Shown in pieces: positions 52,425-60,587 of a stretch of DNA of 64,000 nucleotides. A program made the position numbers and the translations under genes. The stretch is from a bacterium (lineage in GTDB: Bacteria; JADJOY01), in contig JAXLQJ010000001.1 in assembly GCA_046331705.1 (NCBI GenBank), forward strand, positions 186,001-250,000. The letters are read 5' to 3'. Position 1 is the stretch's first letter, and each line of letters begins with the position of its first letter. The notes under the pieces are model-generated. The model had not been told where the DNA came from and ran no database searches. It saw only the letters and a list, made by a program, of their open reading frames with translations.

Positions 52425-54194
52425 ATGCGACCGCGCTTTTCTTTCTCTCTTCCTTCCTTTCCTCGACCTTCACGAGCGCTGTACGCCAGCGCCATCGCGG
52501 TCTTGGCGTCGGCCTCGTTCGCCACCACGGCAGCAGCGGCCTATCGCACCGATCGCATCGGTCCGTCGTCACTCGCGACCAAGACCGGTAGCGTCGACGC
52601 CAGCTCCACCGACGTGCTCGCCGTCGCCGATCAGCCCAATCCGAGCGCACCGGATCGCGGTGTGCGCGTGTTCAAGGCCGCGAAGAAGGGCTTCAGCGGC
52701 GTGTTGACGTACACCCTGCCGAGCGGCCTGGACGCGGTGAGCGCGTCGGGCATCGCCCTCGACCTCAACTACCTCGGCGACTCGGGCACCAAGAAGCGCT
52801 GGACCTTCGAGCTCCAGGACTTCAAGCGCAAGAAGTGGGTGGCGATCGGCGACTCGTCCCAAGCCACCGCCGGCGCGTGGAGCACGCTCCATTTCGCCGT
52901 GACCGGCGACTTCGCGCCCTACCTCAACGCGAACCGCCAGATGCAATTGCGCTACGCGACCACCGGCAAGAAGCTGGTGAGCCGCCTCGATCTCGCCGCC
53001 GTGGCCGTCACCAGCTACGAGCCCGATCCGCCGCCGCCGCCCCCGACCACCGGCGGCGGCCCGGAACCCTCGACGGAGAGCTCGGTGCGCTCGGTCTTCA
53101 AGGGCTCGTTCACGGCCTCGCCCGAGGCCATCGAGTACGTCGCCACCGTGCCGGACCTGCACGTGCTCAGCATGGGTCCGTCGAAGGTGCAGTCGATCAA
53201 GAGCGTGAACCCGCAGGTCGAGGCGTACCACTACTTCAAGACCGGCGGATTGCACGGGCCCGCGACTCGACCGCCCACGGGCGATCCGGGCTGGGACCAA
53301 GTGGTGGCGCAGGATCTGCTCTGGTCCGGGCCGAGCGGCAACGCCGTCACGCAGACCCAGAACGGCTGGTACTACGTCGACATCCAGGATCCCGCGAAAC
53401 GCGCCGCGTGGATCGCGATCCTGATCGACCAGATCGCCGAGGTGCGGGCGCAGGGGTGGGACTCGGTGTTCCTCGACAACGCCGGCGTGATCGAGCCGAG
53501 CCTGATCACCGAGTACCCCGCGGACTATTCCGACGCCGCTTATTACGCGGCGGTCGCCGACGTGCTCGCCGGACTGCGCGCGGCGTTCCCCGACATGCAC
53601 CTGATCTTCAACTCGTATTCGGGTTGGGCGCCTGTGGGGATGCGCGGTCTCGAGCTTCTCGACCACGCGGACGGCATCTTCTTCGAGGGCTTCAGCCTCA
53701 AGGTGAGCGGCAAGTATTTCGACACCGGCCGCTACCTCCAGCAGCTCGAGGACTTCGCGTCGGTGGTGAGGAGCGGTCGGGTCGCGGTCGCGATGGATTA
53801 CCTCGCGACCACCGACGTCGCGCGGCGGATCTGGTCACTCGCTTCCTACCTCTTGGTCAACGCGCCCAGCGCGTACCATTACCTGGCCGGCACCGACACC
53901 GAGACCGAGCTTCAACAATTCCCCGAAGACCAACTCGCGATCGGCGAGCCGCTCACGGACGCCGCGGTGCGCGTCGACGGGCTGGTCGTGCGCAGCTACA
54001 CGGGCGCGGTGGTGGTCGTGAACCCGACCACCGCGAGCAAGAGCTACGCGATGGGCGAGGGCACGTGGCAGCAGCTGGCGCTCGCGGGCGGCGGCGATTT
54101 CCCCAACCCGGGCGCCGTGACCTGGACGCCGCTCGCCGGAACCGCCGTCAGCCTCGCCCCCAACACGGCGATCGTCGTTCGCCCGGCGCGCTGA
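52425..54194 (+). CDS. Secreted putative glycoside hydrolase (GHL15-like TIM barrel) with N-terminal CBM-like domain and Pro-rich linker
   Basis: Signal peptide; PPPPPP linker; GWDSVFLDN, IFNS, GIFFEGF; paralog of 56161 and 60584. Confidence 0.7.
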   Translation: MRPRFSFSLPSFPRPSRALYASAIAVLASASFATTAAAAYRTDRIGPSSLATKTGSVDASSTDVLAVADQPNPSAPDRGVRVFKAAKKGFSGVLTYTLPSGLDAVSASGIALDLNYLGDSGTKKRWTFELQDFKRKKWVAIGDSSQATAGAWSTLHFAVTGDFAPYLNANRQMQLRYATTGKKLVSRLDLAAVAVTSYEPDPPPPPPTTGGGPEPSTESSVRSVFKGSFTASPEAIEYVATVPDLHVLSMGPSKVQSIKSVNPQVEAYHYFKTGGLHGPATRPPTGDPGWDQVVAQDLLWSGPSGNAVTQTQNGWYYVDIQDPAKRAAWIAILIDQIAEVRAQGWDSVFLDNAGVIEPSLITEYPADYSDAAYYAAVADVLAGLRAAFPDMHLIFNSYSGWAPVGMRGLELLDHADGIFFEGFSLKVSGKYFDTGRYLQQLEDFASVVRSGRVAVAMDYLATTDVARRIWSLASYLLVNAPSAYHYLAGTDTETELQQFPEDQLAIGEPLTDAAVRVDGLVVRSYTGAVVVVNPTTASKSYAMGEGTWQQLALAGGGDFPNPGAVTWTPLAGTAVSLAPNTAIVVRPAR

Positions 54195-54230
54195 GGAGCA
54201 CGCACGGCGCGGACGCGGCGCTCTCGTCGC

Positions 54231-55526
54231 TCATGGCACGTGCGCGCTCCAGCGGGCGGTGCTCCCGGTGTAGTCGAATCCGTCCCAGAACACGGTCACC
54301 TTGTTCGAGACGCACACCAACCGCTCGGGGTAGACGCAGCTGTAGGCCGTGCCGGCATCGGCCCATTCGGCGGTGCGTGCAAATGCCGCCGTGCCAACGC
54401 CCTTGGAGGTCACCGCAGTGCTCGTCCAGTCGGAGCAGTCGCTGCCGGTCGAGTTCCCGAACGCATCCGTACCGCTCGCGAAATACGGCGCCGTGTCCAG
54501 GTAGGTGCCGAGCTCCGTTTGATGGATGGAGGTCGCGATGGACCCATCCATGAAGTCGGCCTTCGAGTTGGCGACGGCGATGCCATCGATTCGCCGGAAC
54601 GGTCCGTTGGACGTGATGCGTGTCGCGACTTCGCTGTTCGAGTCGGATAGCCATGCAACGAACGACTGAGGCTGCGGCAAATGGCCTGCCGTCGCACGCG
54701 CCCGACAGATCTGATCTCCAGCGGCAACTCCAGTCTGACCGTTGGCGGCTGCGTCGTCGCCGAGCCGCGACGGATGCTGGTCCGAGGTCACGAACACGAT
54801 CGAGCCGGGGCTGCTCCAGCGGTTCGCGGTGGCATCTCCCGCCCCCATCTGCATGCAGAGCAGCCGGTGCGACTCGTTGCACGTCGCGCTCTTGTACACC
54901 GTCCACAACACCGACGTGCCGAGCCCCGTCCCTACTGAGCCCGACACCCCAGAGCTCAACGTCGACCAGTCGTTGCACCGCACGTAGCCGCCTTTTCCGT
55001 CCGCGCCTGTGGCGCTCCAGTACTGCGCATCGGTGACGTCGGTGACGCTCGCTCCGTCCTCGTCGAGAAACGCCGGGAAATACACGTGTGGGTCGCCGTT
55101 CACGATCTCGTCGAGCGTTTCACCGAATGCGGTGACCCCATTTGCCAAGCGCCACGGACCAGCCTGGGGCAACGTGCCGCCCTGGCCACAGTTCGCGCCC
55201 TTCGTGCCGGAGTACCCGAGCACGTTGCAGTACGCATCCGTGCCGGTCACGGAAATCCACGCGCGAAATGTCGCGTAGTTGGACGAGATGGCTTGATTCG
55301 ACGACAGGAACGCATAGCTCTGACAGATCGCATTCGCGGCCGCGATCCCTGAGAGCCCGCCTCCGTATCCGCCGGGCCAGCTATCGAAGTTTCCGGTCCC
55401 CTTGCCGGAGGTCACGAACACGTGGCGGGTGACCGCGGCGGCAGGCGCGGCCATCGCGAGAATCGCTGCAACGAGCGATGCAGCGACAGGCGTACGGCGG
55501 GTGACCCGAGTCAGGGTCGATCGCAT
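54231..55526 (-). CDS. Secreted protein with tandem DUF1554/endostatin-like domains and C-terminal FxDxF motif
   Basis: Two copies of VFVTS..G..AA(N/G)xIC..F.AW.S..C.DW(S/T)..C....L.C; C-terminus VFWDGFDYTGSTARWS. Confidence 0.72.
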   Translation of the reverse strand: MRSTLTRVTRRTPVAASLVAAILAMAAPAAAVTRHVFVTSGKGTGNFDSWPGGYGGGLSGIAAANAICQSYAFLSSNQAISSNYATFRAWISVTGTDAYCNVLGYSGTKGANCGQGGTLPQAGPWRLANGVTAFGETLDEIVNGDPHVYFPAFLDEDGASVTDVTDAQYWSATGADGKGGYVRCNDWSTLSSGVSGSVGTGLGTSVLWTVYKSATCNESHRLLCMQMGAGDATANRWSSPGSIVFVTSDQHPSRLGDDAAANGQTGVAAGDQICRARATAGHLPQPQSFVAWLSDSNSEVATRITSNGPFRRIDGIAVANSKADFMDGSIATSIHQTELGTYLDTAPYFASGTDAFGNSTGSDCSDWTSTAVTSKGVGTAAFARTAEWADAGTAYSCVYPERLVCVSNKVTVFWDGFDYTGSTARWSAHVP

Positions 55527-55796
55527 GAGCAGCCTCCGTGCTCGGCTGAGTGATGCCGTCGACAATACCGCAGTCCACGGCGCGCGCGCCGGATGGCCTC
55601 CGTCGTCAGGATCCATCGCCATTCCGGTAGATGTTCGCGGTCTCCCTGCACCACCCAGGCGACCGCGACAGGCGCCGCTCAGCGCGCCCAGCTCGACTGC
55701 GACGCGCCCTGAGCACACCCGGAGAGCTGGGTGCAGGTCGACGAGACCGTGTCGATTGGCGCCTCGCGATTTCCTGACGATGCGCACGACTCTGAC

Positions 55797-55810
55797 GTCA
55801 TTGCGGTGAC
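55797..55810. promoter_or_regulatory. GTCA-N6-TGAC box, candidate enhancer-binding-protein site
   Basis: GTCATTGCGGTGAC, 107 bp upstream of the sigma54 element. Confidence 0.5.
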
Positions 55811-55903
55811 TTTTTGCCGAGCCAACAGGGCAAAATCCGATCTGATCAGCGTCATCAGTCACGAAATCGCTCACATTTCTGATGTCTTGACGATTCAAGA
55901 CTT

Positions 55904-55919
55904 TGGCAGCCGGATTGCT
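55904..55919 (+). promoter_or_regulatory. Sigma54 -24/-12 promoter
   Basis: TGGCAGC-CGGA-TTGCT; shares flanks (TGACGATTC...TTGCTCTAG) with the 52124 copy. Confidence 0.75.
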
Positions 55920-55976
55920 CTAGGACAGCTCGTCAATTTTCCACACACGCAGGGGAGTACGCACTTCGGACTCAAT

Positions 55977-56070
55977 CGTCTCGTCAAGGGCAAACCACCG
56001 GAAACGGTGGGACGCAAAGCCACTGGCCTAAATCCCAACCCGGGACATGGCAGCAGGGTTGCCGAGCGAC
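55977..56070 (+). ncRNA. c-di-GMP-I (GEMM-I) riboswitch
   Basis: GGGCAAACCACCG-GAAA-CGGTGGGACGCAAAGCCACTGGCCTAAA...GCAGCAGGGTTGCCGAG. Confidence 0.93.
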
Positions 56071-56160
56071 CTTCCCAGAGCCTCCGCGGGGCCTGGGGCG
56101 ATCGCAAGGCGCAGTCGAAGGCCTGAAGCCGATTCGCCCCGCCCGACCCAGGAGGCTGCC

Positions 56161-57936
56161 ATGAAGTTTCCTCGCCTGATTCCATCCCTCTGCGGCGCGC
56201 TGCTTGCGGCACTCGCCACCGCGGGGATCGCGACCCCGAGCCTTGCGAGCTACGTGACCTCCGAGGTCGCGCCCAGCTCCGTCTCGACCGTCAGCGGCAC
56301 CACGGGCGCCCAAGCCCTGAGCGTCCTGGCGACCAAGGACCTCACCGGCACCAGCACCGATCTCACGCGCGCCCAGCGCTACACGCCGAGCTCGAGCGGC
56401 TACCAGGGCCTCTTCTACTTCCGTGTGCCGAGCGACGTGGACGTCGCCGCGGCCTCGGGGATCACGCTCAAGGCCAACTTCTACGGCCGCGTGAAGAAGC
56501 AGCAGCGCTGGACCTTCCAGGTTCGCGACGTCGCGGCCAAGAGCTGGGTGACGCTCGGCTACAACGACGTCGCCGCCTACCACACCTGGCAGACGCTCTC
56601 GTTCGCGCTCTCCGGCGACTTCTCGCGGTTCGTCGATTCCAGCCGTCAGGTCCAGGTCCGCTACTACACGACCCAATCCGTCGATACCAGCGACCTCGAT
56701 CAGCTCGTCGTCGCAGTGACCAAGTACGTGCAGGACACCCCACCGCCGCCGCCCACGCCGACCCCGGAGCCCACGCCGACGCCGACCCCGGTTCCACCGC
56801 CGAGCGAGACGGTTCAGGGCGTTCGCACCGTGTTCAAGGGCAGCTTCTCGAACACCACGGACCAGGTGAACTACGTCGCCAACGTGCACGACATGCAGAT
56901 CTTCAACGGCATCGGCCAGTCGAAGATCAACGCCGTCAAGGCCGCGAATCCCTCGGCGACCATCTACACCTACCAGAAGGTGGCCGGCATCCATGGCCCC
57001 GATCCGATCGTCCCCGCCGGTGATCCAGGCTGGTCGTCGGTCCAGTCGCAGGACCTGCTGTGGTACGGGCCGAGCGGCAAGGCGGTCACCCAGACGCAGA
57101 ACCTCTGGTACTACATCGACATCATCAATCCGGCGAAGCGCGCTGCGTGGATTCCGATTCTGGTGGCCAACATCCAGAGCCAGCTCGCCCTCGGCTACAC
57201 CGGCATCTTCTTCGACAACGCCGACATCATCGACCCGAGCCTGATCACCGAGTACCCGGCCAGCTACACCGACTCGGCGTACTACCAGGCGGTGGGCGAG
57301 GTGCTGAAGGCCGTCCAGGCGGCGCTGCCCGGCAAGAAGATCGTCATCAACTCGTACATGGGCGCCGCGGCGTCCGGTAACCGAGGTCCCGAGCTGCTGG
57401 CCCACTCCGACACGCTCTTCTTCGAAGGCTTCAGCATGAAGGCTTCGACCAAGTTCTTCACCGATCGCGCCCGCTACATGCAGCAGATCAACGATTTCGC
57501 GGCGGTCGTCGCCTCGGGAAAGAACGCCGTCGCGATGGACTACGCGCCGGTTGGCGACATGCAGCGGCGGATGTGGTCGCTCGCGTCGTACCTGATCGTG
57601 AACTCGCCACGCTCGTACCACTACTACGCCGGAACGGATGCTGGCTCCGAGCTTCAGTCCTATCCCGAGGACACGCTGGATCTCGGCGTGGCGACCTCGG
57701 ACGCCGTCGACCGCACCGACAAGCTCGTCAGCCGCAACTACGCGGGCGGCACGGTGGTCGTGAACCCCGACACGGCGAGCCACACCTACACGATGGGCAG
57801 CGGTAGCTGGCAGCAGATGGTGCTCTCGGGCGGCGGTGCGTATCCCGCCACCGGCACGATCACCTGGACCGCGGTGAGCGGCACGTCGATGACGCTCGCA
57901 CCGAACACGGCCGTGATCGTGCGACCAGCTCAGTGA
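56161..57936 (+). CDS. Secreted putative glycoside hydrolase (GHL15-like) with CBM-like domain and PT linker
   Basis: AGGAGG RBS; signal peptide; PTPTPEPTP linker; GYTGIFFDN, VINS, FFEGF. Confidence 0.72.
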   Translation: MKFPRLIPSLCGALLAALATAGIATPSLASYVTSEVAPSSVSTVSGTTGAQALSVLATKDLTGTSTDLTRAQRYTPSSSGYQGLFYFRVPSDVDVAAASGITLKANFYGRVKKQQRWTFQVRDVAAKSWVTLGYNDVAAYHTWQTLSFALSGDFSRFVDSSRQVQVRYYTTQSVDTSDLDQLVVAVTKYVQDTPPPPPTPTPEPTPTPTPVPPPSETVQGVRTVFKGSFSNTTDQVNYVANVHDMQIFNGIGQSKINAVKAANPSATIYTYQKVAGIHGPDPIVPAGDPGWSSVQSQDLLWYGPSGKAVTQTQNLWYYIDIINPAKRAAWIPILVANIQSQLALGYTGIFFDNADIIDPSLITEYPASYTDSAYYQAVGEVLKAVQAALPGKKIVINSYMGAAASGNRGPELLAHSDTLFFEGFSMKASTKFFTDRARYMQQINDFAAVVASGKNAVAMDYAPVGDMQRRMWSLASYLIVNSPRSYHYYAGTDAGSELQSYPEDTLDLGVATSDAVDRTDKLVSRNYAGGTVVVNPDTASHTYTMGSGSWQQMVLSGGGAYPATGTITWTAVSGTSMTLAPNTAVIVRPAQ

Positions 57937-57963
57937 CCCTCCTCCCTCTGGGTGGGTAACCCC

Positions 57964-58028
57964 GCCGAGGCCCCGACGCCGTGGGATCCCCTGCCCCACG
58001 GCGCCACCGGGGCCTCGGCCTTTTCTTC
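57964..58028 (+). terminator. Intrinsic terminator-like long hairpin
   Basis: GCCGAGGCCCCG..CGCCGTGGG / CCCACGGCG..CGGGGCCTCGGC followed by CTTTTCTT. Confidence 0.7.
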
Positions 58029-58116
58029 GTGTCGCGGGAGTCTGATCCAGCCCCCGCCAGTCCGCGACGCGGCGTGCATGGTAGCCTCGCGGCCCCGCCC
58101 TCGTTTCGCGAGCTCG

Positions 58117-59373
58117 ATGACGGTCACCAGCGCCAGCGCCGGCAAGAAACGCCTCGCCTATCTCGTGATGCGCTTTCCGGCGGTCACCGAGACCTTCGTC
58201 CTCCGCGAGATGGTGGAGCTCGAGCGACAAGGCCTGCCGCTCGAGCTCTACGTCGTGATTCGGCAGAACGAGCAGGTGGTGCATCCGGATGCACACGCCT
58301 ACCTCGCGCGGCTGCACACGTCGCCTTACCTCTCGCCACGGGTGGTGCTCGCCAACCTGCGCTGGATGCTTCGCAAGCCTGGCACCTACTTTCGACTGTG
58401 GTGGCGGACGTTCCGCGAGCTGTGGGGCACCTGGAACTTCCTGGCGCGGGCGATCGTCCTCTTTCCCAAGGCGGCGGCGTTCGCGGCGCGCATGGAGGAG
58501 CAGGGCGTCGGTCACGTCCACGCACACTTCGCGACGCACACCGCGTACATGGCGTACCTGATCCACGAGCTCACCGGGATCACCATCAGCTTCACCGCGC
58601 ACGCCCACGACATCTTCATTCGCAAGGCGATGCTGTGTCGCAAGGTCGCCGCGGCGCGCTTCGTCGCGGTGATCTCGGAGTTCAATCGCGAGTGGCTCGT
58701 GAAGCATTGCGGCGAGGCGGCGCGCGCCAAGATCCACGTGGTGCGCTGCGGAGTCTTCCCGGAGCGCCACCCGTCACGGCCCGCGGGAGCGAAGCCGCGC
58801 GAGCCGGGCGCGCCCTTCCAGGTGCTCACCGTCGCGAGCTTGCGTGACTACAAGGGCATTCCGGTGCTCATCGAGGCCTGCCGCCTCGTGCGCGACCGCA
58901 TCCCCGGGCTGCACTGGGAGGTCATCGGCGGCGGTCCGGACCGGGCCCGGCTCGAGGCACTCATCGGCGAGAAGGGTGTCGGCGACGTCCTCACGCTCGC
59001 GGGACCGAGGCCGGAGGACCAGGTGGCGGCACGCCTCGCCGCGGCCGATGCGTTCGTCCTCACCAGCGTCGTCATGCCCGACATGCGGATGGAGGGGATT
59101 CCGGTGGTGTTGATGGAGGCGCTCGCCACCGGGTTGCCCACGGTCGCCACGCGCATCTCCGGCATTCCGGAGCTGGTCATCGACGGGGACACTGGCTGGC
59201 TGGTGCCGGAGCGCGATCCGAACGCCGTCGCCGAGGCCCTCGTCGGGCTGTACAATGATTCGATCGAGGCCGCGCGCCGCGGCGCCCGCGGCCGGGCGCA
59301 CGTGCTCGACGAGTTCACCGTAGCTGGCAACGTCGCCCGGTTGCGGGCGCTCTTCGAGTCGGCGCTCGGCTGA
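58117..59373 (+). CDS. Glycosyltransferase family 4 (WcaL-like)
   Basis: FP..TETFVLRE, HVHAHF, TAHAHDIF, YKG, EGIPVVLMEA; start may be 58078. Confidence 0.9.
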   Translation: MTVTSASAGKKRLAYLVMRFPAVTETFVLREMVELERQGLPLELYVVIRQNEQVVHPDAHAYLARLHTSPYLSPRVVLANLRWMLRKPGTYFRLWWRTFRELWGTWNFLARAIVLFPKAAAFAARMEEQGVGHVHAHFATHTAYMAYLIHELTGITISFTAHAHDIFIRKAMLCRKVAAARFVAVISEFNREWLVKHCGEAARAKIHVVRCGVFPERHPSRPAGAKPREPGAPFQVLTVASLRDYKGIPVLIEACRLVRDRIPGLHWEVIGGGPDRARLEALIGEKGVGDVLTLAGPRPEDQVAARLAAADAFVLTSVVMPDMRMEGIPVVLMEALATGLPTVATRISGIPELVIDGDTGWLVPERDPNAVAEALVGLYNDSIEAARRGARGRAHVLDEFTVAGNVARLRALFESALG

Positions 59374-59429
59374 AGCGAGCTCACCCGCGGTCGATCCGGC
59401 AGCCCACGGCGCGCAACCACCCGCAACCC

Positions 59430-60587
59430 ATGCTCCTCGACTTCGTCATCTGGGTTTCGCTGGCGGCGCTGGTCTACACCTTCGTCGGGTATCCGCTGTT
59501 GATGGCCGGGTGGGCGCGCCTGCGTCCCCACCCCGTGCGACGTGCCGCCATCACGCCGCCGCTCACGCTGCTGATCTGCGCGCACAACGAGGAGGACGTC
59601 CTCGAGCGCAAGCTCGAGAACGCGCTCAGCCTCGACTATCCGAAGGAATCCCTCGAGATCCTGGTGGTCGACGACGGCTCGACCGATCGCACCGCCGAGA
59701 TCGTGAAGCGCTTCGCCGACCGCGGCGTACGGCTCGAGAGCCAGCACCCGCGACAGGGCAAGAGCCTCGCGGTGAATCTGGGCGTTGCGCGCGCCACCGG
59801 CGAGATCGTCGTGCTCTCGGACGCGTCGCCGGACTACGCCACGGACGCGCTGCGAAACGCGGTCCGCCACTTCGCCGATCCCGACGTCGGCGTGGTGTCC
59901 GGTCGCATTCGCCTCAAGGACAGCGCGTCGATGGTCGAGGTCCCCGCCGGGCTCTACTGGAAGTACCAGGAGCTCTTGTGCGTGTGGGAGAGCGCCACGG
60001 GCACCACGGTGGGTGTGAACGGCAACCTGTTCGCGTTCCGCCGGGTGCTCTTCGCGCCGCTCGCCGCCGAGACCATCAACGACGAGTTCACCGTGGCGAT
60101 GAACATCGCCAAGCGCGGTCACCGCGTCCTCTACGACCCCGAGGCGGTCACCCACGACATCGTGTCGTCGTCGATGTCGGACGAGGTGGCGCGCCGCGCG
60201 CGCATCAACGCGGGGCGCTATCAGGCGCTGCTCCAGACGTCGTTCCTCTCGCTCGACAACGTCGGCCTCACCTTTCGGCTGGTGTCGCACAAGCTCAGCC
60301 GCCCGTTGGCGCCGCTGTTCATGATCGGGCTCCTGGTGGCGTGCCTGGTCGACTCGACGCGCTCCGAAGACGTGGTGGCGGGCGCGTTGCTCGGCGGACA
60401 GGCGCTGCTCTACGGGATGGCGTGGGTGGGCTGGATCGCCGAACGGCGCCAGTGGCCGAAGATCCGCATCGTCAGCGTGCCGTACTTCTTCGTGAGCGGT
60501 AACGTCGCAGCGCTCATCGGCCTCTATCGATACGTGACCGGCCGGCAGAGCGTGACGTGGCAGAAGCGCACCGTCGCCAGCGCGTGA
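59430..60587 (+). CDS. Glycosyltransferase family 2 (membrane-anchored)
   Basis: AHNEE, VDDGSTD, GK, SDA, DEF, RRARI, SHK..R. Confidence 0.9.
   Translation: MLLDFVIWVSLAALVYTFVGYPLLMAGWARLRPHPVRRAAITPPLTLLICAHNEEDVLERKLENALSLDYPKESLEILVVDDGSTDRTAEIVKRFADRGVRLESQHPRQGKSLAVNLGVARATGEIVVLSDASPDYATDALRNAVRHFADPDVGVVSGRIRLKDSASMVEVPAGLYWKYQELLCVWESATGTTVGVNGNLFAFRRVLFAPLAAETINDEFTVAMNIAKRGHRVLYDPEAVTHDIVSSSMSDEVARRARINAGRYQALLQTSFLSLDNVGLTFRLVSHKLSRPLAPLFMIGLLVACLVDSTRSEDVVAGALLGGQALLYGMAWVGWIAERRQWPKIRIVSVPYFFVSGNVAALIGLYRYVTGRQSVTWQKRTVASA

Noticed and set aside
55826-55921. Third GEMM riboswitch (AGGGCAAAATCCG...GGCAGCCGGATTGCTC)
   Set aside because: Lacks the P2 GNRA hairpin and GACGCAAAGCC core; the 3' part is better explained as the sigma54 promoter
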